Shown piece by piece: positions 41,366 to 52,543 of a DNA stretch of 64,000 bases (position 1 is the first letter of the stretch; the number at the start of each line of letters is the position of its first letter). A model generated the notes under the pieces. It worked only from the letters and a program-made list of their open reading frames with translations. It did not search any database and was not told where the DNA came from. The stretch is from an uncultured Chthonomonadaceae bacterium. Lineage in GTDB: Bacteria; Armatimonadota; Chthonomonadetes; Chthonomonadales; Chthonomonadaceae. The position numbers were made by a program, and so were the translations under genes. Where the stretch lies: NCBI GenBank assembly GCA_963817895.1, contig CAWFQB010000004.1, positions 128,001-192,000 on the forward strand, given 5' to 3'.

Positions 41366-41445
41366 CAAGCCGACAAACAGGAAATTCGCGTTCCGACAGA
41401 GAATAGAACGGCAACTACCCTCTGTAATCTGTTGGAGCGCGATGT

Positions 41446-42549
41446 ATGAACCTGCAAACCGAACTGGAACGTGTGCGCGAGTACCTGACGAACGTTGATA
41501 AGCGTCCGACCAATGAAGCCAATACCTGCGGCAAAATTATCACACCACTACTGCTGCAATGCGGCTATCATCATGACGATATTCATGAGCAGGGACATGA
41601 TGCAGGAGGCAACATTCCCGATTACACCTTTCTGCCTAATACGCCACACACATGGTTTTTGGAAGCAAAGGCGTGGCAGTCAAATTTTACGGAAACGCAT
41701 GTGATACAGGCAACGGGCTACCCACACGCGCAAGGTAAACGTTGGGTCGTGCTTTCCAATGGGCGCGAATGGCGGTTGTACGACAACTATAACGTGCAGG
41801 TTCCGCCGCCAAACCGTCTGGTAGCAACTGCGCGATTGGGTCATGGTACGGAATTAGAAGACCTGCTTACCGCGTTGAGCAAAGAGGCCGTGCAAGGCGG
41901 CGGTTTAGAAAAGTTTGTGTTGCAAACGGTGCTGAGTACCACTCTGCAACAGGAACTTGCTTTATCAACAAGCGATGTCATCCTAGCCATCGTCAACGCT
42001 CTCAAAGTCAAAAGCAGCATATCCACTATTACGCCCGATGCTGTTGTATCCTATTTTCACGCTTTGCAAACTAATGCAACCGCGCTCCCACCACCTGTGC
42101 AGCCGTCAATCGTACCCGTTGCCACCCCTACTCAAGCAGTACCAGCTTCGCCTGCATCACCTGCTGATGTGCTGAATCTGCTGCAACTGGCGGCTGCAAG
42201 CGCAGCTATCAAAGGCAAGAAGCCACTGCTGGTCGCCTTTCCAGACGGGAGTAGTCGATCTGTATCAACTTGGCGTGACGTGACAACCGAAATAGTGTCT
42301 TGGCTGTTCCCAAGATGGAAAGCGCCTGTCATACCGTTTTATGGAAATAAGAGCAAGAAGTATTACTTCATAAATACGTCACCTGTGCATCCGACTAACA
42401 AGCCTATGCATAATCGAACAATCAATATTGACAGCAATGTGTACTATATTGATACAGGAAAATTCGTGCGAGATCAGCTACACTGTCTCTACGAGCTATG
42501 TAAAGAAGTAGGGGAAGCGCCGGAGGGGTTTCGGGTGACGTTGCAGTAG
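41446..42549 (+). CDS. Protein with HsdR N-terminal-like PD-(D/E)XK nuclease domain
   Basis: NEANT...II.PLL, PDY...LEAK, WVVLSNGREWRLY. Confidence 0.72.
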   Translation: MNLQTELERVREYLTNVDKRPTNEANTCGKIITPLLLQCGYHHDDIHEQGHDAGGNIPDYTFLPNTPHTWFLEAKAWQSNFTETHVIQATGYPHAQGKRWVVLSNGREWRLYDNYNVQVPPPNRLVATARLGHGTELEDLLTALSKEAVQGGGLEKFVLQTVLSTTLQQELALSTSDVILAIVNALKVKSSISTITPDAVVSYFHALQTNATALPPPVQPSIVPVATPTQAVPASPASPADVLNLLQLAAASAAIKGKKPLLVAFPDGSSRSVSTWRDVTTEIVSWLFPRWKAPVIPFYGNKSKKYYFINTSPVHPTNKPMHNRTINIDSNVYYIDTGKFVRDQLHCLYELCKEVGEAPEGFRVTLQ

Positions 42550-42567
42550 GGGCGCATTGACGGGGGG

Positions 42568-42777
42568 TTCTACCCTCATCCGGCCTCCGGCCACCTTCTC
42601 CCTGCAAGGGAGAAGGCTAAACTATTCAATGGACGCGTTGGTTACAGGTTTGTTTCAGACGTATGGCGTTCTTATGCCGTTCTAACGGCAAACCTGTTTT
42701 CTGTTCACCCGCCCATTGATCACACTGGCCTTCTCCCTTGCAGGGAGAAGGTGGCCGGAGGCCGGATGAGGGTAGAA
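42568..42777. repeat. Element with perfect 50-bp terminal inverted repeats, each containing a CCTTCTCCC..GGGAGAAGG hairpin
   Basis: 42568-42617 is the exact reverse complement of 42728-42777; related half-copies at 37766-37829 and 62386-62430. Confidence 0.93.
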
Positions 42778-42847
42778 ACTCTCATGTATGCGCGCGTGAG
42801 GTCAGCAAATCGCCGATACGCAACTTCACGCCCCCAATCAAGAAACC

Positions 42848-43783
42848 TTAAACGCGAACGTAATTGCAGCTGGCAACGAGGCGGCCCGGAGAGCGCTCCA
42901 CGACCGCAATGCCGTTCGCGCTGCCGTCATTGTTGGAGTTGCCCTCGATAGTCATGTAGCGATCATTGCTTTTGACCGGACCGGCCACGAAACCGGTATG
43001 GAAATGACCGGACTCGCCGCCGATGCACAGGAAAATATCTCCCGGCCTCGGGCTGGAAACCAGTTTGTTATTCGCCTTTGCCCACCGGTAGACCGCGCTG
43101 CAACTGGCTTTGCCGTTGATATTCGCCATTGGATTGGCAACACCCATCTGGCTGGCCGCCAACTTCACGCAATGGTACACAAACGCCATGCACCACGGAT
43201 CACCCGGCGACGCGCCCGCATCTATCAAATACTGGCTCACTTCCGGCCCTTTATTGCTGCCGAGCGGCTGTTCATGGACGCCGATCAGCGTGGTCGCGAT
43301 TTGCAGGGCTGCGCCGCTCAGGTCGTTGCTATCCGCCGCTTTGGTGAACAGCGCCTGCCACGTATTCGGCCCCACCTGCCATCCGCTTCCAGCCCCACCG
43401 ACCTTTGAAACGCGGATACGGTTTCCTCGGTGGTCGGGCCGAATAATCCTGTTTGCTGCACCCCCAGGCGCTTCTGAATAAGTTTCACATTATCGCCTGT
43501 GCTGCCCGATTGCAGTATTGTGCCGGGTAAGGGATATTGTCCAGCGCGGGGGCGGCAAACAGCGCGCTCCAGGTATTCTGGCCGACAATGCCATCAGCCG
43601 TCAGCCCCTGCGCGGCCTGAAACGCTTTGACGAAATTCTCCGTCGTGGGTCCGAACAGCCCGGTTTGCTGTACTCCCAGCCGTTGCTGAATTTCTTTACA
43701 TCGTCGCCGGTAGCGCCGGCCTGAATGTTGTTGCCCGGAAATTCGTCTGCCACAGTAATCCTGCCTCCCATTTTTACAAGCAT
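42848..43783 (-). CDS. Peptidoglycan-binding + CHAP amidase (fragmented)
   Basis: FQAAQGLTADGIVGQNTW, PWCMAFV, HTGFV, TIEGNS. Confidence 0.7.
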
Positions 43784-43884
43784 GGTTTCGATGATAATTG
43801 CTACATAGAAGAGTATAACCGAAAACTCGGCTGTTCGATGTGATAATATTCACAGGCTGCAAGAGAGATAATGCGCTTATCCGG

Positions 43885-45334
43885 TCAGGACTGTAGCGGG
43901 AAAGTGACGATCACTTGCGCTCCGCCCTGTTGATGGTTGCTATAAGCGACTTCGCCGCGCAAATCCCACCGCGCTACGCTTTCCACCAATTCCAGCCCCG
44001 TGTTTGCGGCCTGCTCGTGCATTGAAAGCAAGCGGAAACCCCGGCCCGTCGTCGCGCACTTCCAGGCGCACCTGGTCGCCTGCCTGCCGCAAATCCAGCG
44101 TAATATCCTGCCTGCCGTGCTTGACCGCGTTACTGATAAGTTCGTTAATGAGCAGGCTGAGCGCCGCGCCGTCCTTGATGGAAAGCGGCACATCTGTCAA
44201 TGTGGGTGTGCAAATGCCGGCCTTCGAGCGTGCTGGCGATCAGGCCGAGCAGTTTGTGCAGCAGGGGGCGCGTGGAAAGATGCGTCAGGTCGGCATCGGT
44301 TTTGGCCTGTATGGTCAGCAGGTCGTGAATGGCGGCCAGGGTGCGGACATGCTGCGAAACGCGGTTCAGGGCAACGATGGAGGCCGCTTCCGTCACCTGG
44401 TCCCGCTGCACTTCGATAAGCGCGTTGATGACTTGCAGGTTGTTTTTCACCCGATGGTGGGTTTCCTGCATGGCCCGACGCAGGCGGATGTTGAGCGCTT
44501 CCATTTCTTCCTGATGCGTCCGCAGGGTTTCTTCCGTCTGCTTTTGCCGGTCTATATCCGTCAGCGTTCCGAAGTACCGGCGTGTTGCGCCCTCGCTATC
44601 CCGAACCGGCACAATGCGTCCCAGATACCAGCGATACGCGCCGTCCATGCCCCGAAACCGATACTCAATATCGAAACTGCCTTGATCGGCCTGTTCGCGC
44701 CACTCGCGCAGCGTCTTGTCCAGATCGTCGGGATGAATAGCGCGCGTCCAGCCCCGCCCCAGCGACTCCTCTTCCGTCAGTCCCGTATACTCGTACCAGC
44801 GCTGATTGAGATACTGGCAGCCGCCCTCCGGTGTTGCCATGAGCGCAATAGTGGGAACGGATTCGGTCAGGGTACGGTAGTGCGCCTCGCTCCATTTCAG
44901 CGCGTCTTCCAGACGTTTGTGCTCGCTGATGTCGCGCGTGGTTCCCACCACGCGCAGGGGCGTTACCCTCCTCATTGCGTATGGCCCGCCCGCGTATCTC
45001 TATCCAGCGTATCGTTCCGTCCACGCGCTGAATACGGGTTTGCGTAACTATCTCTGTTCCTGCCTGTATGTTCCGCCGCATCTCCGTCAGCAGCCGTTCG
45101 CGCTCTTCAGGGACGACATGCGCGATAAACTGCGTCGTTCGTCCAGGCGGGTTGTGGCGCATCATAGCCGAATATCCGTTCATGATGTGGCGAAGTCGAG
45201 ACAAACCCGTTGGCTAAATCCAGTTCCCACAGCCCCAACTCCGCCGTATCCAGGCAGAAGTTGATACGCGGGTCGCCGTCCGCCAGAGCGGTGTTTAAAG
45301 GCTCGGCTATAGCGTCAAGAGAGAGTTCGGACAT
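43885..45334 (-). CDS. PAS-PAS sensor histidine kinase, HisKA_2 type (several frameshifts)
   Basis: IHPDD...EYRF..GAYRW, ETHHRVKNNLQVI, LINELISNAVKHG, DDGPGF. Confidence 0.82.
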
Positions 45335-45858
45335 AGTTTGTTCGGAAAGATTCTCTGCGTGTACACATCCCGTATGCGGCGGACGCCGTTCGCGGGAAAG
45401 CGCACCATTTTGGTGTGCCAGTAGTGGCCCTCTTCGCTGCCGCGTACCAGTTTTGTCGCCGCGGGGTTTCCATCTATATACGAGCGGAAAGACGTAAATG
45501 TCGTGCGCGGCGGCGTATGCTGTATATCTTCCGCGCCGTTTTCCTCATCGGGATCGTTTGCCCCGCTGCCCTCATCCGGGAAGCCCATGCGGACGGCGCA
45601 GGCCGGCCCGGTGTTTGTAAACACGAAGCGGCAGTCTACCGTATACCCGTCTTTGTCCACGACGATGTTGATAACTTCGCTGGTCATGGATACGGAGGGA
45701 TGCCCTGAGAGCAGGCGCGGCGTACCCCCCATAGAAATGCCGCCGTCGTTGGCGGAAGCGTGGGGAGACAGGGCGCACAAACCGCCGAGCGCGAGAATGC
45801 CGATAAACAGCGCGCGAAACGAAACAGAACCAGTCGTGAACATGCGGGCGGGGAACAT
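45307..45858 (-). CDS. DUF4424-like secreted protein, possibly C-terminally truncated
   Basis: Signal peptide ASA-ND, VSMTSEVI.I, VDCRFVF.N, MGFP. Confidence 0.5.
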   Translation of the reverse strand: MFPARMFTTGSVSFRALFIGILALGGLCALSPHASANDGGISMGGTPRLLSGHPSVSMTSEVINIVVDKDGYTVDCRFVFTNTGPACAVRMGFPDEGSGANDPDEENGAEDIQHTPPRTTFTSFRSYIDGNPAATKLVRGSEEGHYWHTKMVRFPANGVRRIRDVYTQRIFPNKLCPNSLLTL

Positions 45859-46261
45859 CGGTTTCTAACCTCCGGCGAATGAAAACAGGAAATGAAGCGT
45901 ATACAAATTAATTATGTATTTGTCTTAAATTCAGAATACCTGAACAACGGCAGTTGGTCTATAACGTTATGTATATCCTGACTGTGAATTTTAGCACAGG
46001 GTTAACGCAGAGAAGGGTTCTCATGGTATAATGGGCAAGCAGGACTCTCGTGACGCTGCCAAATCGGGTTCCCCGCCACACCCTCTTTTTCAACACACCA
46101 GAGTCAGTTCTTTATTCCCAACTGCATTACTAAACTGCCGATAACGCGAATGTGTCAGAAGCGCGCAAACACGCCTGCGCGAACTGCGCAGCAGTCAGAT
46201 TAGAACATCAGGAAATGTGATGTGCCTCGGAGCACTGGAAAGCGGGTGGAATTGTTATCTC

Positions 46262-47518
46262 ATGGTACGGAAAAATTTTAAGCAATTATTCAGCATTGCG
46301 CTTGCCGTTTTGTTTGGCTGCATCGGCCTGCTGATTGGCGTGGCCGTGATGCAGCAGATTCAGCAGCCGGAGCCAACCGGCGTTCTCAACCTGTTCAAAG
46401 ACGCGACCAAAGACCGCCCCTATTATCTGAGCGCGATTGTGCTGGCAATGGGCATGATCGGCCTGCTTGTTGGCGGCGTGATTGCGCCCAAACTCGCGCA
46501 ACGCCTGATTGACGCGGGGAACATGGTCGAGCAGATGTCGGCCAAAGACAAAGTCGCCGTCGGCATTGGAACCACAATTGGCATCCTGATTTCCCTGCCG
46601 TTTTTCGTTATTACGCTGCTAATCTCCCCCACGCCGCTTTACAAAGTGATGAGCGTCTTGATTTCTATCGTGCTGGCAGTCGCCTTTGTCTATCTGAGCA
46701 TACGGGGCATTATGAGCATGAAGGACGAGCTGCGTTTTGTCGGGCCTGCCGCCGTCGCGCCGGAGCCGGAAGAGGTCAATCCCACCGTCAACTGCAAAAT
46801 TCTGGATACCAACGTCATTATTGACGGGCGTATCGCCGACGTGTGCCGCACGGGATTTCTGGAAGGGCCGCTGTATGTGCCGGGGTTCGTGCTGGAAGAG
46901 TTGCAGCATATCGCGGATTCGGGCGACGGCCTGAAGCGGGCGCGCGGGCGGCGCGGGCTGGACATTCTGAACACGATGCAGAAGGAACTGCCGCTTATCG
47001 TGCGCACCTGGGACAAGGCGCTGGACAAAGCGTACCAGAACGAAGAAGTGGATACCAGACTGGTTCGGCTGGCGAAGGCGCTCGAAGGCATGATCGTCAC
47101 CAACGATTTCAACCTGAACAAAGTGGCGATGCTGCAGGGCGTACAGGTACTCAACGTCAACGAACTGGCGAACGCGCTGAAACCCGTCGTGCTGCCCGGT
47201 GAGATTATGATGGTCGGGATCGTCAAAGAGGGCAAGGAGCCGAATCAGGGCGTGGCGTATCTGGACGACGGCACGATGATCGTTGTCGAGGACGGGCGGC
47301 GCTATATCGGCGATACGCATGGCGTGATCGTAACCAGCGTGCTGCAAACCTCGGCAGGTAAAATGATTTTTGCCCGCGTCCGCACCGAAGAGGATGGAGA
47401 CCAGTTTGACTACAACGGGGGCAGGGACGGACGAAATGACAGCAACGGCAGCGGCAACTACCAGACCAACAGTGGCAGTGGTTTTACCCGCCGCGGGCCA
47501 GGCAAGAAGGTTCGGTAG
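46262..47518 (+). CDS. PIN/TRAM domain membrane protein (YacL-like)
   Basis: KILDTNVIIDGRI, RGRRGLDIL, TNDFNLNKVA, GVAYLDDGTMIVVE; lies upstream of ispD. Confidence 0.92.
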   Translation: MVRKNFKQLFSIALAVLFGCIGLLIGVAVMQQIQQPEPTGVLNLFKDATKDRPYYLSAIVLAMGMIGLLVGGVIAPKLAQRLIDAGNMVEQMSAKDKVAVGIGTTIGILISLPFFVITLLISPTPLYKVMSVLISIVLAVAFVYLSIRGIMSMKDELRFVGPAAVAPEPEEVNPTVNCKILDTNVIIDGRIADVCRTGFLEGPLYVPGFVLEELQHIADSGDGLKRARGRRGLDILNTMQKELPLIVRTWDKALDKAYQNEEVDTRLVRLAKALEGMIVTNDFNLNKVAMLQGVQVLNVNELANALKPVVLPGEIMMVGIVKEGKEPNQGVAYLDDGTMIVVEDGRRYIGDTHGVIVTSVLQTSAGKMIFARVRTEEDGDQFDYNGGRDGRNDSNGSGNYQTNSGSGFTRRGPGKKVR

Positions 47519-48731
47519 CCCGGAAAACAAAATATGGGCGATGCTCGGCGGGCGTCCCGTCATCGAATGGACACTGGCCGCGTTCCAGAACCATCCAGGC
47601 GTGGACAGCATCACGATTGCCGCCGGGGAAAGCGAAATCGAGCGATTGCGGGAAACTGTCGTTCAATTTTCCAAAGTAACGGGCGTGGTTGTTGGCGGCG
47701 CGACGCGGGCCGAGTCGGTGCGCAACGGCCTGAACGCGCTGCCTCCGGACTCCGAACTCGTCCTTGCGCATGACGCCGCCCGTCCGCTCGTCAGCGCGGA
47801 ACTGATTGGCCGCGTGATTGAAGCGACGGCGCGGGTGGGCGCGGCGGTTCCCGGCCTGCCCCTGTCCGACACCATAAAACGCGCGGACGCGAACGGAATT
47901 GTACGCGCCACGCTTCCCCGCTCTATCACCAAAAACGGCGAAACACTTTCCGGCCTGACAGCGGTGCAAACGCCACAGGGCGCGCGCGTGTCTCTGCTTC
48001 GCGTCAGGCGTATGCCCGTTTTGATTTCGCCCAATCCGAGCCGACCGACGAAGCCTCCCTTATCGAAGCGCTTGGCGAACCCGTCCAAATCGTTCCCGGC
48101 GACCTGCGCAACCTGAAAATCACACGGCAGGAAGACCTCATAATTGCCGAAGCGTTGGGTATTCAGGTGTTCGGTTATTCAGGTATTCAGAACAATGCCG
48201 CGTCTTCCCCTGAACAACCCAATCCCGAATACCTGAACACCGAAACCCGAACCGGCCTGGGCTACGACGTTCACGCATTTGCGGAGCGTGGAAGCGGGGC
48301 GCAGGCTGTTTTTAGGCGGAATTGAGATACCGCACGACCGAGGGTTGGAGGGGCATAGCGACGCGGACGTGCTGCTTCACGCGGTTTGCGACGCGTTGCT
48401 CGGCGCAGCCTCGCTCGGCGACATCGGGATTCTGTTTCCCAACACGGACGAGGCGTACAAAGGAATCGCCAGCCTGAAATTGCTGGAAGTGGTTGCCGAA
48501 CGACTGCGCGAAGCGGGGTGGCAAATCGTCAACATAGACGCGACGGTTGTTGCCGAAGCGCCCAAACTGATGCCGCACCGCATTCAGATGCAGGAGGCGA
48601 TGGCAGCGTGTTTACGGATTGAACCAAATCGCGTCAGCGTCAAGGCAACTACTTCTGAAAAATTGGGTTTTGTCGGAAGGCGCGAAGGCATGGAAGCGAC
48701 GGCCATAGCCACTGTTGTACGCGGCATCTAA
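47436..48731 (+). CDS. ispDF: Bifunctional IspD-IspF (frameshifts near 48005 and 48280)
   Basis: AAGQARRFG, HDAARPL, VQTPQ; NLKIT..ED reads in one frame into RTGLGYDVH; GHSDADV, GDIG, KATT.E. Confidence 0.88.
48157..48253. repeat. In-frame octamer hairpin (GGTATTCA)n forming the IspD-IspF linker
   Basis: Encodes GIQVFGYSGIQ...PEQPNPEYLNTET. Confidence 0.8.
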
Positions 48732-48753
48732 TCCCACTGGAGGAGTTAAACTC

Positions 48754-49023
48754 ATGCCGGACGATCCCAACGCTGCCCCCAATCCTAATGTGCTTTCGCG
48801 GGAACTCTACAACCTGATTGTGGGCGGTTCCGCGATACCTGTCCTGCTGTTACTAATCGGACTCAGTTGGTACCTCATCAATCGCTATATGAATCCTGAA
48901 CATCGGCAGGAGCGGCGAAACCGTGAAATCCGGCAGGCAATCGCAATGCGTGAAGAGCGGGCGGAAAGAATGGCGCTGGAGAAAGCAAAAGAGGACGCGA
49001 AGGGCGGCAATACAACTCCCTGA
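48754..49023 (+). CDS. Small single-TM hypothetical protein
   Basis: GGAGGAG RBS; one TM helix plus a charged tail. Confidence 0.7.
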   Translation: MPDDPNAAPNPNVLSRELYNLIVGGSAIPVLLLLIGLSWYLINRYMNPEHRQERRNREIRQAIAMREERAERMALEKAKEDAKGGNTTP

Positions 49024-49249
49024 ATGACTCAACCAAAATTATGGGCCGCAAACTGAAAAAAGCGCTTGTCAAATGCCGTCAGGTGTGGTAAGTTTAACTA
49101 AAGAATTTTAACTGATACTGTTTTAGCTCTGTTTGCCGTGTGCGTCTCTCCCGATGGAGGCGTGTCGGACGTTCAAGCGCGTTTCGCGCTCACTTCCCGC
49201 GCTGGTTTTGTCTATTGTTGCTTGTCCATCGTTTTCTGGAGGTCGCATC

Positions 49250-49648
49250 GTGAATGATATTCGAGAGACTGCCTGCCCGCTTCCTGAATCGCCTGTCCAA
49301 TCCCGCCCCGCGTACGCGCAATCTCTGGTATCCGTTTTGTCGTTCGTGCCTCGCATTTTCGCGCTGCTGGTGCTGATTATTTACGCGCCTGTTGTCGTAG
49401 CCGCCGGCCTGCTGGTTATGCTTACTTCCCCCGGCCCCGCGTTTGTCAAAAAAGCGTACCGCCGCAGCAAAGGCTCTCAGGACGTAGTGTATCTGTATGA
49501 ACTGCGTACAGAATGTTGGCGCACCTGGCAGCCCACATCGCTAGGACGCTGGCTCCTCCATCTGGATATTCCCCGCATCCCGCGCCTCGTCAACGTGCTG
49601 CAAGGCGAAATCAACGCCGGTGAGCGCGTCCACCGCATAAACGCTTGA
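49250..49648 (+). CDS. Short bacterial sugar-transferase-like protein
   Basis: GGAGG RBS + GTG; TSPGPAF, LRT, T.LGRWL..LDI..IPRLVNVLQGE; lacks the usual C-terminal half. Confidence 0.6.
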   Translation: MNDIRETACPLPESPVQSRPAYAQSLVSVLSFVPRIFALLVLIIYAPVVVAAGLLVMLTSPGPAFVKKAYRRSKGSQDVVYLYELRTECWRTWQPTSLGRWLLHLDIPRIPRLVNVLQGEINAGERVHRINA

Positions 49649-49652
49649 GGAA

Positions 49653-49786
49653 TTCACCACAGAGGCACAGAGACACAGAGGTTTCACAGAGGGATTGGAG
49701 AGAAGGGAAGAGAACAATTGATTTTCTCCAGTTTCCTCTTCTTAAATCTCTGTGAAACCTCTGTGTCTCTGTGCCTCTGTGGTGAA
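49653..49786. repeat. Nonamer-arm inverted repeat (CACAGAG..)n, perfect 39-bp arms
   Basis: 49653-49691 is the reverse complement of 49748-49786; lies between convergent genes. Confidence 0.95.
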
Positions 49787-49795
49787 GTATTGCTC

Positions 49796-50716
49796 CTACC
49801 AGCCGCGATTTGCCATCAGTTCGGTTTCGGGCAGGGCGCGAATATCTAATCCCGGCATGGCTTCGCCGATTCCCATCGAGACTTCCGCAAGATACGCGGG
49901 GTCCTGATAGTGGGCAACCGCGTCCACAATGGCGCGGGCGCGTCCGGCGGGATCGGACGATTTGAAGATGCCGGAGCCGACAAAAACGGCTTCCGCGCCC
50001 AAGTACATCATCAGGGCGGCGTCGGCGGGCGTGGCGATACCGCCGGCGGAAAAGTTCGGCACGGGCAGGCGTCCCGTTTTGTGGACTTCCTCAATCAGAT
50101 GATAGGGAGCGCGGAACTCTTTGGCCGCCACCATCAGTTCATCCTCCTGCATGACGTGAACGCGGCGAATGTCGCGCATCAGCGTTCGCATGTGCCGAAC
50201 CGCCTCGACAACATTGCCGGTTCCCGCTTCGCCTTTGGTGCGGATCATGGCCGCGCCCTCGCCGATACGCCGCAACGCTTCGCCCAAATCTCTGCAGCCG
50301 CACACGAACGGCGCTTTGAACGGGTGCTTGTTGACGTGGTTCTCTTCGTCAGCGGGCGTCAGCACTTCGCTTTCGTCAATGAAGTCCACGCCAATAGATT
50401 CCAGAATCTGCGCTTCGACAAAATGCCCGATGCGGCACTTCGCCATAACGGGAATCTCATGCCCCTTGATGGCGTCCATAATCTCGCGTATCATCTTCGG
50501 GTCGGACATACGGGCTACGCCGCCATCCCTGCGTATATCAGACGGCACACGCTCCAATGCCATTACCGCCGTCGCGCCCGCTTCCGCCGCAATCACGGCC
50601 TGCTCCGGGTTCGCCACATCCATGATGACGCCGCCCTTGAGCATCTCCGCCAATCCTACTTTTGTGCGCCATGTTGACTTCTGCGCATTGATATCGTTCA
50701 TACTTCTACTCTCCAT
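49796..50716 (-). CDS. pdxS: PLP synthase subunit PdxS
   Basis: [40 protein letters not shown]-terminal RGW. Confidence 0.97.
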   Translation of the reverse strand: MESRSMNDINAQKSTWRTKVGLAEMLKGGVIMDVANPEQAVIAAEAGATAVMALERVPSDIRRDGGVARMSDPKMIREIMDAIKGHEIPVMAKCRIGHFVEAQILESIGVDFIDESEVLTPADEENHVNKHPFKAPFVCGCRDLGEALRRIGEGAAMIRTKGEAGTGNVVEAVRHMRTLMRDIRRVHVMQEDELMVAAKEFRAPYHLIEEVHKTGRLPVPNFSAGGIATPADAALMMYLGAEAVFVGSGIFKSSDPAGRARAIVDAVAHYQDPAYLAEVSMGIGEAMPGLDIRALPETELMANRGW

Positions 50717-50749
50717 TGCTGTACCCTGCTTTGGGTTGTCGCCCGCCTG

Positions 50750-51271
50750 CTACTTACCTATGGGTACGCCGTTAGTCGTCATTGTCATACTGAGTGTTTT
50801 AGAACGCTTTCTGAGCCAGCCACTCCCCGTTTTAATCCATAAATCTTCGGCAGTTTCATCGCCTGACATTTTCTGAGAAGTTTTCGCATCCCCGATGGTT
50901 ACGCCGGAAATGTGGTTTTTGACCACAACTGTAGCCTGGTTACTCTTCTTCAGCGTAAGCGTCTGAACTTTCTGCGTGATCGTAAGGGTTTTCATGCTTA
51001 TCATCACGGATTTTGCCGCGTCTTTGGTCTGTTCCAAATTCTTCTTCTCGCCCTTTTCGTTGATGGACACGTAATCCGGCGCATAACTGCGAAAAGTGGC
51101 GTTTACATCGTGTTTGCTGATTGCAACGCTTTCGGCATCATAGAACGCTTGAATATTTTTCCGCGCATCTGAAGCCGCGTCTGCGAACGCAAGGCCAGCT
51201 GACGCGCAAACCAGTGAGCAGGTTAAAGCAAACGCGGTTCGCTTCCATGTCTGCGTACATTGAAATGACAT
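50750..51271 (-). CDS. Secreted NTF2-like (DUF4440) protein
   Basis: Signal peptide; YAPDY, EDLWIKT..GWL. Confidence 0.7.
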   Translation of the reverse strand: MSFQCTQTWKRTAFALTCSLVCASAGLAFADAASDARKNIQAFYDAESVAISKHDVNATFRSYAPDYVSINEKGEKKNLEQTKDAAKSVMISMKTLTITQKVQTLTLKKSNQATVVVKNHISGVTIGDAKTSQKMSGDETAEDLWIKTGSGWLRKRSKTLSMTMTTNGVPIGK

Positions 51272-51330
51272 TGTTTGTCTCCAACTTTCAGTGAGGCTAT
51301 TACGCCGTGCCTGCCTTCAAAGTACAGTTT

Positions 51331-51928
51331 TTACATTTCTCGTCGCCATTGCAGGGCGGAAATCAGGGTTGCCTGATCCGCGTAATCCAGGTCGCCGCCG
51401 GCGGGCAGGCCGTGCGCGATTTGCGACACTTTCACGCCCAGCGGTTTCAGGCGGTTCGCCAGATACAGCGCGGTTGTCTGCCCTTCCGTTGTCGGGTTCA
51501 GGGCGAGAATCACTTCCTGAATGCCGTCGGCGACGCGGGGAAACAGTTCGCGGATTTTCAGCAGTTCGGGCGTGATGTTGTCCATCGGCGAGATCACGCC
51601 CTGCAGGACATGGTACAGCCCCTTGAACTCGTTGGTCTTTTCCATCGCGATCAGGTCGCGGGTTTCGGCCACGACGCACATCAGCGTTCGGTCGCGCTTC
51701 GTGTCGCGGCACACTTCGCATAATTCCTGATCGGTGAAATTGGCGCAAACTTTGCACAATTTAATGTGCTGCTTGACGGACAAGGATGGCTTCGGCAAGC
51801 TGCGCCGCCTCTTCCTGCGGCTGCCGCAGAATATAAAACGCCATGCGCTGCGCCGATTTCGGCCCAATGCCGGGCAGTTTTTCCAGTTCCGCCACCAATC
51901 GGGCCAGCGGTTTCGCATAGTGTAGCAT
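51331..51928 (-). CDS. recR: Recombination mediator RecR (frameshift near 51785)
   Basis: LPGIGPKSAQR, C..C.N.T..ELC..C, YHVLQG, EVILALNP.TEG, G.DLDYAD. Confidence 0.95.
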
Positions 51929-51938
51929 GGTAATATCC

Positions 51939-52047
51939 GGGGAGTGGGTAGTAGGGGGTAGGGAGTAGTTAGTGTGCTTTGTTACGAACGAAGCCCAATT
52001 ATAGAATTCGTACTTTCCTACTCCCTATTCCCCACTCACTACTCCCT
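51939..52047. repeat. Heptamer hairpin (GGGAGTA)-type between ybaB and recR
   Basis: G-rich arm 51939-51968; C-rich arm 52011-52047. Confidence 0.85.
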
Positions 52048-52417
52048 ATCCCAACAGTCCCGGCGGCAGGTTGAGGTCGCCAAGCCCGCCGGTGATCTCT
52101 TTCATGCGGGCTTCCTGACCGGCCTGCGCCTGGGCCGTCGCTTCTTTCGCGGCGGTGATAATCAGGTCTTCCAGAATCTCCACGTCGTCGGGGTCCACGA
52201 CGGCGGGATTGATTTTCACTTCCACGAGATGGCCGTGTCCGTTGACGGTGACAGTCACCATGCCGCCGCCGGCCTGCGCGGGAACGCGCAATGTTTCCAG
52301 ATCGTTTTGCAGTTTCTCGGCGTCTTCCTGCATCTTTTGCGCCTGCTTCATCAACTTCTGCATGTCGCCGAAACCCGGCATTCCGCCGCCACCGCCACCG
52401 CCGCCAAATCGTGCCAT
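52046..52417 (-). CDS. ybaB: YbaB/EbfC nucleoid-associated protein
   Basis: MKQAQKMQ, AGGGMVTVTVNG, DPDDVEILEDLI. Confidence 0.93.
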   Translation of the reverse strand: MARFGGGGGGGGMPGFGDMQKLMKQAQKMQEDAEKLQNDLETLRVPAQAGGGMVTVTVNGHGHLVEVKINPAVVDPDDVEILEDLIITAAKEATAQAQAGQEARMKEITGGLGDLNLPPGLLG

Positions 52418-52543
52418 GTTTAGTATCTCCTTGTGTGGGTCCAAAACCGGAAAAATACGCCGAAATTCAGAGTGTCTGTTCTATTATACGTTTATTGTAT
52501 CCGATGCAGCCGCAAATTGCGCGTGGATTGCTGCCGCAAACGG

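Noticed and set aside
46033..46261. Riboswitch in the long leader of the PIN/TRAM gene
   Set aside because: No recognisable aptamer motif or terminator seen.
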